This document shows, piece by piece, positions 53,096 to 64,000 of a stretch of DNA of 64,000 bases. The notes beneath the pieces were generated by a model that worked only from the letters and a program-made list of their open reading frames with translations, had not been told where the DNA came from and searched no databases. Positions within the stretch are counted from its first letter, which is position 1, and every line of letters starts with the position of its first letter. Where the stretch lies: NCBI GenBank assembly GCA_963737905.1, contig CAVTUQ010000001.1, positions 32,001 through 96,000 of the forward strand, read 5' to 3'. Position numbers and translations under genes: made by a program. Origin of the DNA: an uncultured delta proteobacterium. GTDB lineage: Bacteria; Desulfobacterota; Binatia; UBA9968.

Positions 53096-54560
53096 CTACG
53101 CCGAAGGAAAAGTTGACCGGTTACCCAACCTTGCGGAAGAGTTAGTGCGTCTCAATGTAGACGTGATCTGGGCACTAGGCCCAGCAGTTTCGCATGCCAA
53201 GCGGAAAATTTCAAGATAGATGTCGCATTGATTGTTCAATTGAGATTCTCTGACGTTGGACAATGACTGTTCACTGTGAAACGAAGCCCGGAGTCCAAGA
53301 GCGATGGTTAGCGTATCATCGCTCGGCTGATTTTTGACCCTAGGTACACCCTCACCTACATCGCCAGCGTTCGTTGTAGGGCATTTATGGAAGCCGTTTT
53401 TGGGGCCGACCCAGTCGATATCGGAAAATTGCTTGAGGGCCTCACTCATGACCGAGATTGTTGGCGAGGCAGGATCGAGGGATAGTTCCTCGTCGGTTTC
53501 GCTGTTGTGCTTTTTAGGATTGAGACACACTTCGGTGATCGGCACCCAGTTGCGCGTCTGCCCCGACCAGCGCAGCGGGTTTAACTGCTTGGCCTTTTCA
53601 TACACCGCCACACGCTTGGCTAGAATCGCTTTGTCCAATCCCAGGTGTCGAGAGCTGGGCGTGACAAAACGAATCGCGCTATGAAGATGCTCAGTGTTGT
53701 ACCACTGCACAAAACCACCCACCCACTGTCGGGCTTGATCGATCCCGCTAAAGGCGCTGTCGGGATAGGAGGGACGGTACTTCAGGGTTTTGAACAGCGA
53801 TTCAGAATATGGGTTGTCATCGCTCACCGCGGGACGACTAAAAGACGCCGCCACTCCCAGCCGCTCCAGAGTCGCCAACAAGGTGGCCCCTTTCATCGGG
53901 GCGCCATTGTCCGAATGTAACGTCAGCTGCCCTCTGGCAATCCCTTGCTCTTGGCAGAGCCGATCGATCAACCGTGCTCCATGCTCGGCGCTCTCCATTT
54001 CTTCAACGGTCCACCCAACGATCATCCGGCTGAAAATGTCTTCGACCAAGTACAAATAATAATAGGCCCCGCGCACCGGGCTGTTCAGATACGTGATGTC
54101 CCAGCTCCACACCTCGTTGGGATGGCGCGCTAGCAAATCCTTGGGCCGGCGCCAAACGCGCGGCTTACTGTTTTGACGGTGCGACAGCAACTGGTTTTGT
54201 TTTAACACCCGGTAAAAACTGCTCTCCGATCCCAGATACTGCCCAGCGTCGGCTAACCGCGCCACCATCTGCCACGGCGACAGATCGCGATACGCTCGGC
54301 TATTGGACACTTCCACAATGGCTTGTTTCTCTTTCTCGCTGAACCCATGCCCACACACGCTCTTCGGCCCCCGTCGCTGATCGCCCCGGTCGGGATCTTT
54401 CTCCCACCGCTCCACCGTCCGTAGACTCACCTCCAGCACTTCGCAACTAGCCACCCGCCCCGCGCCACTGGCCCTGGCTTGCTGGACCAGCTCTATACAG
54501 CGACCGCGATCTCCCACGCTCACTGCTCCTCTCCGCTGCCCCAGATCAAGTCTGCTTTTT
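53096..54560 (-). CDS. IS3 OrfB DDE transposase (ORF reads through past the element end)
   Basis: WSWDITYL, LHSDNG, DNPYSESLFKTLK. Confidence 0.88.
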
Positions 54561-55087
54561 TTTTCAACACCAACAACGCCGTCGTCTCCGCCAACGCCTT
54601 CTCCTTGCGAGAAAGATCTCTCTCCAACTCCTTGATCTTTTTCTTGTCCGCCGCCCATTCGCTGCCATTGGCCGCCGTTAATCCACCGCCCCCCGATTCC
54701 AGCCCCACCTCCATACTCTTCTTCCATCCCGCGATATGTTCGCTATGGAGCCCTTCCCGCCGCAAGTACTCACCCTGCTCTTCTACCTCCAGTCCTTCGA
54801 ACTCGATCACTGCTCTCAGTTTCTCTTGCACGCTTCGATCTCCCGGTCTGCGATGGGCTTTCATCACCTCCGTCTTACCATAGCGCTTGCTCCATTGATA
54901 AAGCGACCAGCTCGATACTCCCAGCACTCGCCCCACCTCTTCCACCGACCGCGATCCTCGATTCTGAAACTTTTCCACTGCCGCTCTTCTAAACTCCTCG
55001 CTCCTTTGTTGACTCACTTGCTTCTTCTTCTCTCTCGCCCCACTTTTCCGCTCTTGCTCCACGCGACATCTATCCTGACATTAGGGG
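53202..55087 (-). mobile_element. IS3-family insertion sequence
   Basis: imperfect IRs containing GATAGATGTCGC / GCGACATCTATC; CCAAG duplicated at 53197-53201 and 55088-55092. Confidence 0.9.
54520..55062 (-). CDS. IS3 OrfA
   Basis: HTH-like N-terminus, LRREGL, LLVLKKKA with an A9 slippery run at the OrfA/OrfB overlap. Confidence 0.85.
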   Translation of the reverse strand: MEQERKSGAREKKKQVSQQRSEEFRRAAVEKFQNRGSRSVEEVGRVLGVSSWSLYQWSKRYGKTEVMKAHRRPGDRSVQEKLRAVIEFEGLEVEEQGEYLRREGLHSEHIAGWKKSMEVGLESGGGGLTAANGSEWAADKKKIKELERDLSRKEKALAETTALLVLKKKADLIWGSGEEQ

Positions 55088-55938
55088 CCAAGAATGCTAC
55101 CAAAACAATCCCTATTGTCATAACACATGTTAGCGACCCTGTAGGATCAGGGCTAGTCGCCAGCCTGGCGCGACCCGGAGGCAACATAACGGGATTGTCC
55201 GGTGTTTCCGCTGGAGCTACTAAGCGGCAAGCGACTGGAGCTTCTGAAGGAGACCGTTCCCAAGTTCTCCCGTGTGGCTTTCTTCGGACCTACCCTCGGG
55301 CAACCACAAACAGTTAAAAGAGATGGAACGCGACGCCGGGGAGTTAGGGGTAAAGCTTCAATACTTAGAGGTACAGAGTCCCAAGGAAATTGAACCCGCA
55401 CTTCTAGCCGCGAGCAAAGGGCGTGCTCAAGCAGTCCTCATAAATAGGAACCCCTTTACTGCTATTCATTACGCACGGATCGCAGAGCTTGCGATAAAGA
55501 ACCGCCTTCCAACCATGTACGCCGATAGGGAGTTCGTCGAAGCCGGTGGGCTAATGTCCTATGGACCAGACTATATCTTTATGTATCGACGCGTTGCCGT
55601 TTACGTGGACAAGATTCTGAAAGGCACCAAGCCCGCCGATCTGCCCGTAGAGCGGCCCATGAAGTACGAGCTGGTGATAAATCTCAAGACCGCGAAGCAG
55701 ATCGGTCTGACGATTCCACCGAATCTGCTGGCACGGGCAGATAAGGTGATTAAGTAAGACGCTGAACACCAGAAGCGGAGGCTGGGTCACACCCGGCGAG
55801 CGGACATCGAATCGTAAATGTCTGCTGAGTGAATATCAGATGTCCCCAATAATGGCCCTGCGTCGCGATATACGCTTGCGAGACGACAGTCGCTACGCTC
55901 AAATTTATGGTTCTTGTCGTTATCCCCCACGATTAAAA

Positions 55939-58900
55939 TCAGCTTGGCGATGATCTCTCAGGTAAGCTAAAGCTGAAGGTAGACCCTTTGCCTATCTCAC
56001 TTTCTACCCAGATCTTTCCCCCATGCAGTTCGACAAACTTCTTGGCTAAGGTTAACCCAAGTCCGGTCCCCTCGACCTTATGTGCATAGTCCGCTCCCAC
56101 TTGGCGGAATTCCTCGAATATCTTTGGCTGATCCTCCGGGGCGATCCCGATGCCGGTGTCACTGACCGATATCTCTACCGAACCATCAGCCTGCCTGGCG
56201 TTAATTCCAATCCGTCCTCCCTCCGGTGTGAACTTCACGGCATTGGAGAGCAGATTAAGCAGGATCTGTTTGATCTTGCGCTCATCACCTATGAAATCGC
56301 CAAGATGCTCGTCAACAGTAACGTCGAGGTTGATCCCGTGCTTGGTGGCCCGCTCGCGCACAAAGGTACGCGCGTTGTCGATTGCCAAGGGCAGATCAAA
56401 CGTAGCAACCTCTAGCTCCATGCGGCCAGCCTCCACCTTGGAGAGATCGAGAATCTCATTGATGAGGGACAAAAGATGGCGGCCGGAAGAGAGGATGTCG
56501 TCGGTGTACTCGGCTTGTTTCTCGTTCAGCTCGCCGAACAGTCTTTCCTCCAAGACTTCCGAGAAACCGATGATGGCATTGAGCGGCGTGCGTAGCTCAT
56601 GGGACATGTTGGCGAGAAACTCCGACTTGTGCCGATTGGCGGCCTCGATCTGACGGCTCTTGTCTTCGATCTCGCGGAACAGTCGGGCGTTTTGGATCGC
56701 CAATACGGACTGGGTGGCGAAGGTTTTCAAAAGCTCGATGACTTCGGGGCGAAACTCGCCGGTGGATTTTCGCCTGACCACCAAGCCGCCAATGATGCGG
56801 TCTTCGCGTAACAACGGGACAGCCAGACTGGCGCGAAAGCCGAAGCGCTCCAGCAACTGACGCATTCGCAGCGCATACGTGTGCTCTTCGAGGATATTGG
56901 GGATTTGTATGGGTTCACGCGTTGACGCTGCCCGACCCACCAACCCGTCTCCCAAGTGCGGCGGATTGGCGCGAAGCGCGTTGATGAGTTCTTCCTCCAT
57001 GTGATCAGTAGCCCTGAGCAAGAACTCTTCGGATTCTTCGTCATATTCGTAAATCGCTCCGCCGTCCGTGCCGCTTAACTGGACCGCATGGGAGACGATT
57101 CTCGTCAGTACGGCTTCGAGGTCGAGAGTGGAGCTGACTACCTGGCTGACTTCGCCGAGGGCTTTGAGTTCGCCTACCGAGCGTGTCAGTTCGTTGGTTC
57201 GCTCATCTAATTCTTTGAACAGCCGAACGTTCTCGATGGCGATGACGGCCTGGTCAGCGAAGGTTTCGAGGAGCTTGATCTGCGCCGGGGTGAAGGGGCG
57301 CACCTCAATGCGACGTGCTGTCAGGTATCCAATGAGTTCCCCCTGTTGTCGAAGGGGAACGTACAAGCCGGTGCGCCAGATACCAGAATGGCCCACCAAT
57401 GGGAAATCGGTCTGCGCTCGCACGTCCGGAATGTGGAGCGTGCCGTGCTCACGCATCCACCGAAAAAATGGTTCATCAATATTGATCTCGACGCGGTTAA
57501 TTGGTATCGGGCCAAAGTGAGCCCGGGGAACTATAACGTTCCCCTCGGGGAGTCGCAGTATCACATCATCAATCCCACAGACCCGCGCCGCGCTCTCGAC
57601 GATGGCGTCCAGAACGGGCTGCACGTCCGTCGGCGAGCGGCTGATGATGCTGAGCACCTCGGCCGTTGCCGTCTGATGCTCTAGCGCCTCGCGCAATTCT
57701 GCATTGCGCTCGCCCAATTCCCGGAAGAGGCGGACGTTTTCGATGGCAATGACCGCCTGCGACGCAAAGGTTTCAAGCAGCTTAACCTGCTTATCAGTAA
57801 AGGGACGAACTTCGGTTCGTCGGACGTTGATCACTCCTATGGAAACACCCTCGCGAAGCAAAGGCGTCGCAAGAATTGTCCGAGTCCCGAAACGTTGTTG
57901 TAAGATTTTGCTTTCCGGAAAGTCCTTATCGCTCTCTGTAGCGAGATCGTGAATATGAACCGTCTGCCGATCAACGATAGCCCGAGTACCGACTAAGCCA
58001 CGAGTAATGGGACGTTTCTCTTCCTGACCGGGTGCTGGCTGTGTACCGTAGGATGCCCATTGGCGAACAAAATCGCCCTCGACACGACTGATTTGCGCGT
58101 CAGTGGCGTCACATAGTCGCGCGGCACTTTCTGCAACGGCATCGAGCACCGGCTGGATGTCCGTAGGTGAACTAGCAATGACACCCAAGATTTCACTTGT
58201 CGCAGTCTGCTGATCCAACGACTCCTTGAGTTCGTTGAAAAGCCGGACGTTTTCGATGGCGATCACCGCTTGGTCGGCGAAAGTCTCTAGGAGCTTGATC
58301 TGCGCTGGGGTGAAGGGGCGCACCTCGATGCGACGTGCGATGAGCCTGCCGATGACTTCCCGCTGCTGACGAAGCGGAACCGCCAAGAAGGTACGAAAGT
58401 TGCCGAGCGGAGTTATTTGAAAATCCATTTGGGCTTGGTTCAGTACATCGGGAATGTGGACCGTACCAAGATGGAGAGTCCAAGGCCTTCCTCCCTCATC
58501 AATACTGATCTCTCGGCGGGCAACTGGTATGGGACCAAAATGAGCCCGCGCAACCATATTGTTTCCCTCATGAAATCGCAATATAAGATCATCTATCCCA
58601 CAAACCCGCGCGGCACTCTCGACGATAGCGTCGAGAACCGGCTCCACATCGGTGGGCGAGCGGCTGATGATGCTGAGCACCTCGGCGGTTGCGGTCTGAT
58701 GCTCCAGCGCCTCCCGTAATTCTGCGTTCCGATCCTGCAATTCCTTAAACAGCCGCACATTCTCAATAGCGATCACTGCTTGGTCGGCAAAAGTTTTTAG
58801 GAGGTTTACCTGTGTGTCGGTGAAGGGACGGGTCTCTTGGCGGCGAATCGTAATAACCCCGATAGGTAGGCCTTCCCGCAGCAATGGCGTGGCAAGAATA

Positions 58901-61470
58901 GTCCGTGTACCCGTAAGCTGTTGGAAAGCTAGAGACTGAGACTCTGGGAACTCGGTTCTCTCTGCCGCCAAGTCATGAACGTGAATAGTTTGCCGGTCGA
59001 CTACGGCTCGGCCGGTGGGCAAACCGCGACTAATAGGTAGAACTTCTGCCGGCGCAGGTACAGGACCATGCTTTGCCACCAGTTTGAGGCTCTCGCCATC
59101 GACGCGATAGATTAGAGCGTTTAATGCCTCGCAAAGGCGGGCCGCATTCTCCGCAACCACATCCAGCACCGGCTGAATGTCCGTCGGCGAACTAGCGATA
59201 ACACCCAAGATTTCGCTCGTCGCAGTCTGCTGCTCCAACGATTCTTTGAGTTCTTGGAACAGCCGGACGTTTTCCAGGGCGATGACGGCCTGGTCTGCAA
59301 AGGTTTCGAGCAGCTTGATTTGCGCCGGCGTGAACGGGTGCACCTGTATGCGACGTGCGACCAGTTCGCCAATGAGTTCCCCGTGGTGAAGAAGTGGAGC
59401 GGTTAAGTAACTGCGCCAGCCGCCAGCGGAAGCCAACATCGGGAAATCGTTCTGCTCGCGAACGTCAGGAATATGGAGCGTACCGTGCTCACGTATCCAA
59501 CGATACCGCGGTTCATCAATATTGATTTCGCGTACATTAATCGGAATGGGACCAAAGTGAGCTCGTGGAACCGTAATGTCGCCCTCGCACAGTCGCAACA
59601 GCATATCATCGATCCCACAAACCCGGGCAGCGCTCTCGACGATTGCATTGAGCACCGGTTGCACGTCCGTGGGCGAGCGGCTGATGATGCCGAGCACCTC
59701 GGAGGTTGCCGTCTGATGCTCCAGGGCCTCTCGTAATTCTACATTCCGCTCCTGGATCTCCTTAAACAATCGCACGTTCTCGATAGCGATGACAGCTTGA
59801 TCGGCGAAGGTTTTGAGCAGTGCGATTTGCTTGTCGGTGAATGGCTTCACCTCCAAACGGCGAATCCCAATGACACCAATGGGAACGCCTTCGCGGATTA
59901 ACGGAGTTGCGAGCATTGTGCGAGTGGGATTAATCTGGCTTAAAGTCTTGGAATCTGGAAACTCGCTTTCAAGCTGTGCTGCGACATCATGAACGTGGAT
60001 CGTCTGCCGATCGACCATGGCCCGACCACTCACCCAGCCACGGCTAATAGGCATTGATTCTTCAATCCCAGGTAGCGGCCCATAATGGGCGACCCGCCGA
60101 AGGTTATTACCTTCAACTCGAAGGATAATGGCATCGTTAGCACCGCAAACCCGCGTTGCGTTTTCGGCGACGACGTCGAGCACCGGCTGAATATCCGTCG
60201 GCGAGCTGGCGATGACGCCCAGGATCTCGCTCGTCGCCGTCTGCTGCTCCAACGATTCTTTGAGTTCCTGGAACAGCCGCACGTTCTCGATGGCGATGAC
60301 GGCCTGGTCGGCAAAGGTCGTGACCAGCTCGATCTGTCGTTCGGTAAATGGCGCGACCGTTTCGCGCCAGATCGAAATCGTCCCAATTGGAATCCCCTCG
60401 CGGAGCATGGGTACAGCAAGGAAAGTGCGTAATCGGACCGGCGGCAGTTCGAAGGTCGGATCTTGTTCAACATCCGGGATATGGATCGGTTTGCGCTCCA
60501 GGAACGCACGACCCGGTCCTGTCTCTCGACCTGGTCGCACTGGTGTCTCCTGGAAGGCTGCCGCCCCTTCAGCGCTGACGTTGTAGTAAGCAACCAGTTG
60601 GAGAAACTCGCCGTCATATTGGCGAATGTGACCGTGCTCGGCCCCGATGAGCCTGACGGCATTTGCAATCACCGTGTCCAGCACAGGCTGGAGTACAGTG
60701 GGCGAGGATGCGATAACCCGAAGAACTTCGCCGGTTGCGGTCTGCTGTTCCAATGCCTCGGTTAGGTCGCGGTTGCGTTCCTGCAACTCTCTGAAAAGCC
60801 GCACGTTCTCGATGGCAATCACGGCCTGATCGGCGAAGGTTTTGAGGAGAGCTATCTGTTTGTCCGTAAAAGGTTGAACTTCCGTGCGTCGAATGAGAAT
60901 CGCTCCAATCGGAAGACCCTCCCGGAGCAGTGGCGCGCCGAGCACAGACCGGGTTCCGTCGCGGACAGCTCGCGACTTGGCGAGTGGAAACTCCACCTCT
61001 GATTCTGCTTGCATGTCGTGGACATGGACGAGCTGTCCGTCGACCACGGCTCGCCCAGCGACGGAGGCACGATTCAACGGGGTTGCATCCGCAGTTCTGG
61101 GAATCGCGCCGAAATGAGCCGCATCGCGAAGAACGTCGCCATCGAGCCGATGAATGATAGCATCCTGTGCATCGATCAAACGCGCGGCATTTTCAGCGAC
61201 AGCGTCAAGCACTGATTGCAGGTCTGTGGCGGAGTTAGCGATAATCCCCAGAATCTCGCTGGTGGAGGTCTGCTGTTCCAATGCTTCCGCGAGCTGACGA
61301 TCACGTTCCTGCAACTTTTTGTCCTTTGCTTCCTCCCGCTGCAAAGATTCGGCGAGTTGCTGGCGTAACTCCGCAATCGTCTGCGCTTGTTCAGCCACAA
61401 GCGTGTTCACCATGGGACGGCGCGGTTTTGCCTTTTTGTTATCAGAGCCTTTTTTGGTCGTGGTTGCCAT
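55939..61470 (-). CDS. giant histidine kinase with 9 GAF domains + HisKA/HATPase
   Basis: 9 [11 protein letters not shown]-type repeats; kinase core nearly identical to that at 36364. Confidence 0.93.
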   Translation of the reverse strand: MATTTKKGSDNKKAKPRRPMVNTLVAEQAQTIAELRQQLAESLQREEAKDKKLQERDRQLAEALEQQTSTSEILGIIANSATDLQSVLDAVAENAARLIDAQDAIIHRLDGDVLRDAAHFGAIPRTADATPLNRASVAGRAVVDGQLVHVHDMQAESEVEFPLAKSRAVRDGTRSVLGAPLLREGLPIGAILIRRTEVQPFTDKQIALLKTFADQAVIAIENVRLFRELQERNRDLTEALEQQTATGEVLRVIASSPTVLQPVLDTVIANAVRLIGAEHGHIRQYDGEFLQLVAYYNVSAEGAAAFQETPVRPGRETGPGRAFLERKPIHIPDVEQDPTFELPPVRLRTFLAVPMLREGIPIGTISIWRETVAPFTERQIELVTTFADQAVIAIENVRLFQELKESLEQQTATSEILGVIASSPTDIQPVLDVVAENATRVCGANDAIILRVEGNNLRRVAHYGPLPGIEESMPISRGWVSGRAMVDRQTIHVHDVAAQLESEFPDSKTLSQINPTRTMLATPLIREGVPIGVIGIRRLEVKPFTDKQIALLKTFADQAVIAIENVRLFKEIQERNVELREALEHQTATSEVLGIISRSPTDVQPVLNAIVESAARVCGIDDMLLRLCEGDITVPRAHFGPIPINVREINIDEPRYRWIREHGTLHIPDVREQNDFPMLASAGGWRSYLTAPLLHHGELIGELVARRIQVHPFTPAQIKLLETFADQAVIALENVRLFQELKESLEQQTATSEILGVIASSPTDIQPVLDVVAENAARLCEALNALIYRVDGESLKLVAKHGPVPAPAEVLPISRGLPTGRAVVDRQTIHVHDLAAERTEFPESQSLAFQQLTGTRTILATPLLREGLPIGVITIRRQETRPFTDTQVNLLKTFADQAVIAIENVRLFKELQDRNAELREALEHQTATAEVLSIISRSPTDVEPVLDAIVESAARVCGIDDLILRFHEGNNMVARAHFGPIPVARREISIDEGGRPWTLHLGTVHIPDVLNQAQMDFQITPLGNFRTFLAVPLRQQREVIGRLIARRIEVRPFTPAQIKLLETFADQAVIAIENVRLFNELKESLDQQTATSEILGVIASSPTDIQPVLDAVAESAARLCDATDAQISRVEGDFVRQWASYGTQPAPGQEEKRPITRGLVGTRAIVDRQTVHIHDLATESDKDFPESKILQQRFGTRTILATPLLREGVSIGVINVRRTEVRPFTDKQVKLLETFASQAVIAIENVRLFRELGERNAELREALEHQTATAEVLSIISRSPTDVQPVLDAIVESAARVCGIDDVILRLPEGNVIVPRAHFGPIPINRVEINIDEPFFRWMREHGTLHIPDVRAQTDFPLVGHSGIWRTGLYVPLRQQGELIGYLTARRIEVRPFTPAQIKLLETFADQAVIAIENVRLFKELDERTNELTRSVGELKALGEVSQVVSSTLDLEAVLTRIVSHAVQLSGTDGGAIYEYDEESEEFLLRATDHMEEELINALRANPPHLGDGLVGRAASTREPIQIPNILEEHTYALRMRQLLERFGFRASLAVPLLREDRIIGGLVVRRKSTGEFRPEVIELLKTFATQSVLAIQNARLFREIEDKSRQIEAANRHKSEFLANMSHELRTPLNAIIGFSEVLEERLFGELNEKQAEYTDDILSSGRHLLSLINEILDLSKVEAGRMELEVATFDLPLAIDNARTFVRERATKHGINLDVTVDEHLGDFIGDERKIKQILLNLLSNAVKFTPEGGRIGINARQADGSVEISVSDTGIGIAPEDQPKIFEEFRQVGADYAHKVEGTGLGLTLAKKFVELHGGKIWVESEIGKGSTFSFSLPERSSPS

Positions 61471-62004
61471 AAAAAACCAACTGGAGACCGTCGCAGGCGA
61501 AACTAAAGACGTGGCCTGATCGGTTTACTTGTGGTAACAGCTCGCCCGGCGGCTGAACTGTCTTTTACGCCAAGGCACTCGGTGGCGTCAAGGAAAGGCT
61601 GCCTTGCCGTGCCAAGTGAAAGGTAGCGCGAGACTTCTGCCAAAACGGGGAGGCGAGGAGCGGTTGCGGATGCAACGTTCCGAGCTGAGCCGCTGAGGAC
61701 AAAATCCGAGATAAAAAAGCCGAGATCCCGTGCAGGCGTAGTAATAGCCGTAAATGCAGGGACTCTAAAGCATGCTTTCTGAATTTTTGGACACCGCGCA
61801 CCCAAGAATAGCCGTGCTGCTGAAACCCAAAAAGCTTGCTTTCCGATTTTGAGTCCCGCGCGCACGTAAACCGCGCCGCTTGGCCCGTCGGTGACGTGGG
61901 TCGGGTGCCCCTGGACTCAGGTTGGTGAAACGGGGGGCTCAATTCTAGCAGTTCTCATCCGCGACGTTTTCCCGCTATGGACGATAGCCACTAGCGAGCG
62001 CAAT

Positions 62005-62505
62005 ATGGTACAATTTCAAGCTAACGAGATGAACGCAAAACACGACGGCGGATTAATCAAGTTCATGCATTTCTCAAACCGGCTTTGTTTTTATGGGATT
62101 GGCCTGATTGGTGTTTTGTTTTTAGTTGCTTATCACGCTTCAGCAACGCTCTTTCCATTCGACTCCGACCTTCTACCGGTATCCGGTACCTTCTTTGCTC
62201 TTATTGCGATTCTATTTTTCTCAATCGATAGAACAATGGAGTCGCAGGCCAGAGAAATAGAGATCGCACATCGCTTTGCTCAGGTATTTTTCGCGTTGGC
62301 TGAAGAAGGCCAAGCTGTCGGTTCCGCAGAGAAAAGGGGCCATACGCGAGCGGCGGCGGAGAAAATCGAGGAACTGAAGAAGAACTTAAAGACCAAAATA
62401 ATAAAGGCTGAGAAGCATCTTCGAAGCGAATGGCGCTTCGTTGTAGTGAGCAGTGTGACTGTACTTCTTGGGTTCCAGGCTGTCCTTTCGAGCCTTAAAC
62501 ATTGA
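62005..62505 (+). CDS. hypothetical membrane protein
   Basis: three hydrophobic segments plus coiled coil; start uncertain. Confidence 0.55.
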   Translation: MVQFQANEMNAKHDGGLIKFMHFSNRLCFYGIGLIGVLFLVAYHASATLFPFDSDLLPVSGTFFALIAILFFSIDRTMESQAREIEIAHRFAQVFFALAEEGQAVGSAEKRGHTRAAAEKIEELKKNLKTKIIKAEKHLRSEWRFVVVSSVTVLLGFQAVLSSLKH

Positions 62506-62666
62506 CGGGATACCCCCACGGAGCCAGTCAGTATAGGTTTGTGAGTGAGCGGCGAAATCACAACGAGGATCGCCTTCTTCCCCCTACGCAATATTCTACA
62601 ACCCCCCTTAACATGATCTAAAACTGGAGCCTATAAACAGCAGAGCACATCGAATACGGCTAGCAA

Positions 62667-62762
62667 ATCGAACCCCACCGACACGAGGACTACTAATCCT
62701 CGTAGCGCGTCTAACCGCAAGAAAACACAATCGAATGTTTTCACTTTGCCACTACTTTGCCA
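62667..62762. repeat. palindromic core site plus inverted arm-like repeat
   Basis: ATCGAAC..CCGACACGAGGA-CTACTAA-TCCTCGT, GTCTAACC, CTTTGCCACTACTTTGCCA. Confidence 0.75.
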
Positions 62763-62812
62763 TAAGTAAACAGCTATGGGAAAATGAATCCTGCTACGTG
62801 GGAAGAAACGAA

Positions 62813-63058
62813 ATGGCTGGATTGAAAGGAAAGAGCGGACCTCCAGGCAACATGAACGCCTTCAAGCACGGGCTGGCGGCTATTCAGAAGCGGCGCGAGG
62901 AAGGAATTCCCACCGAGCACGAGAAGAATGTCAGGCAGCAGATTCTAGACGGCTTGATAGCCGATAAGGGCGGTGACGAGCAGATATCGACGGCCACGAG
63001 GATTCTGGCTAAGGTTATCCGCCTTAGATGCCGCATAGCGCGGACTGGTGAGAACTGA
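62813..63058 (+). pseudogene. terminase-small-subunit-like ORF, copy 3 (truncated)
   Basis: MAGLKGKSGPPGNMNAFKHGL; similarity to other copies stops near 63020. Confidence 0.75.
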
Positions 63059-63157
63059 GAACCACCGCCCTATAGGATTACAAACGGACAGTCAAATGAT
63101 TGGTTCAGTGAAGGCGAAAAGTCTTGGTGATCTTTAGAGAGAAATTTACGGTAAAGC

Positions 63158-63784
63158 CTAGCGCGTCCGGAGCGTGATCAGATCAGATCGTGTCATGGTC
63201 ACGTTATGTCGGTAGCCAAAGCTCGTAAATAGAGAAAAGGTCTGAAGGACCTCCTTTTCATCTTTCTGCGCCGTGCAATCCATCGGCACGTAGACGTGGT
63301 AATCGCGTACGCTTAAAGCCATCACGACGCTCTGGACGCAGTTGCGAGTCGAGATGCCGGTGACAATGATGCGACCTTCACCTGGACGGATCCCGAAGCG
63401 CACCAGAAGAGCATCCATTTCGGTCTGATAGAAGCAATCATGGGTCCGCTTCACGATCAGAGGCTCGTCATCGGCGGGTTTCAGTTCGTCGATCAGCTCC
63501 GCTCCCCAACTCCCTTCCAGCTTACGAACCGTGTTTTTGAAAACCGTGAACTCGAGCGCATCCGGCGATCGCACAGATTGCGTGTGGATGACCCGCCCGC
63601 CAGCATGCCGCACTCTTTCCCGAAGCTCCCGAATCTTTGGGATGATCCGCCGCACCGGTTCCCCAATGTAAAGCGCTCCGTTCGGATGCGCGTTCTCATT
63701 CTCCATGTCGATGATCACCAGCAGTGTCTTCTCTGCTTCTAACTCGATCGGAACCGGTTCGGGGTAATCAAGGTCAATTAGCAT
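63158..63784 (-). CDS. isochorismatase/cysteine hydrolase
   Basis: LLVIIDMEN, KRTHDCF, VTGISTRNCV. Confidence 0.88.
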   Translation of the reverse strand: MLIDLDYPEPVPIELEAEKTLLVIIDMENENAHPNGALYIGEPVRRIIPKIRELRERVRHAGGRVIHTQSVRSPDALEFTVFKNTVRKLEGSWGAELIDELKPADDEPLIVKRTHDCFYQTEMDALLVRFGIRPGEGRIIVTGISTRNCVQSVVMALSVRDYHVYVPMDCTAQKDEKEVLQTFSLFTSFGYRHNVTMTRSDLITLRTR

Positions 63785-64000
63785 GGCATTACTGTTAGAG
63801 CCTTTAGCTTGGATTATTCACACAGGGGTGACCGAGGAGCGAGCCTCTCCGGTCGCGGGCAATGGGCCTGTACCTTGGGAGGGCCGCAAACTGGGTGGCG
63901 GATCGCAGGGCCGAGGAACAAACGCAAGCTCATAGCCAAGCCTCCTAATAGTCATTGCAGCTTTACCCTCGTGTGCCCGCTCGCTTCGAGGCTCGCTCCT

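Larger units (their letters stand above)
52890..55757 (+). pseudogene. ABC_sub_bind binding protein interrupted by IS3 element
   Basis: same MNKRKLGSFAL start as 34010; frame resumes (AKNATKTIP) after 55088; further indels near 55200-55280. Confidence 0.88.

Noticed and set aside
36364-61470. Diversity-generating retroelement acting on GAF repeats
   Set aside because: No reverse transcriptase, and differences between repeats are not visibly adenine-specific.
32152-63058. Intact prophage
   Set aside because: No structural, replication or lysis genes anywhere in the window.

Overview
GC-rich bacterial window with many single-base frameshifts, probably in part long-read assembly errors. Left part (1-26.3 kb) looks like chromosomal backbone: an ECF42-type sigma factor with a YciI/DGPF-VOC-BNR cluster, an FhlA-like sigma54 activator, a Phd/RelE-like TA pair, YchF, and amidohydrolase, cupin and LLM genes mixed with orphan NMT1-type binding proteins. 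Right part (26.35-63.1 kb) is an accessory region with three-fold periodicity. Each period starts with a 3' half of tRNA-Phe(GAA) (minus strand) and a conserved leader with 10-bp-phased CTAT repeats; two of the copies also carry TGGCAAAG arm-like repeats and a 3' half of tRNA-Lys(CTT). Each period has variable cargo and ends with degenerate palindromic core sites, inverted arm-like repeats and a small terminase-like ORF. Cargo includes a tyrosine recombinase plus IS91-like element, attC-bounded cassettes, two copies of an ABC_sub_bind binding protein facing a giant 9-10 GAF histidine kinase, a PgsA/PhnW-like/PgpA lipid operon, a DUF4258/MqsA-like TA pair and an IS3 element. No intact tRNA, rRNA or CRISPR array was seen. 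All family calls are by eye from motifs, not database searches.
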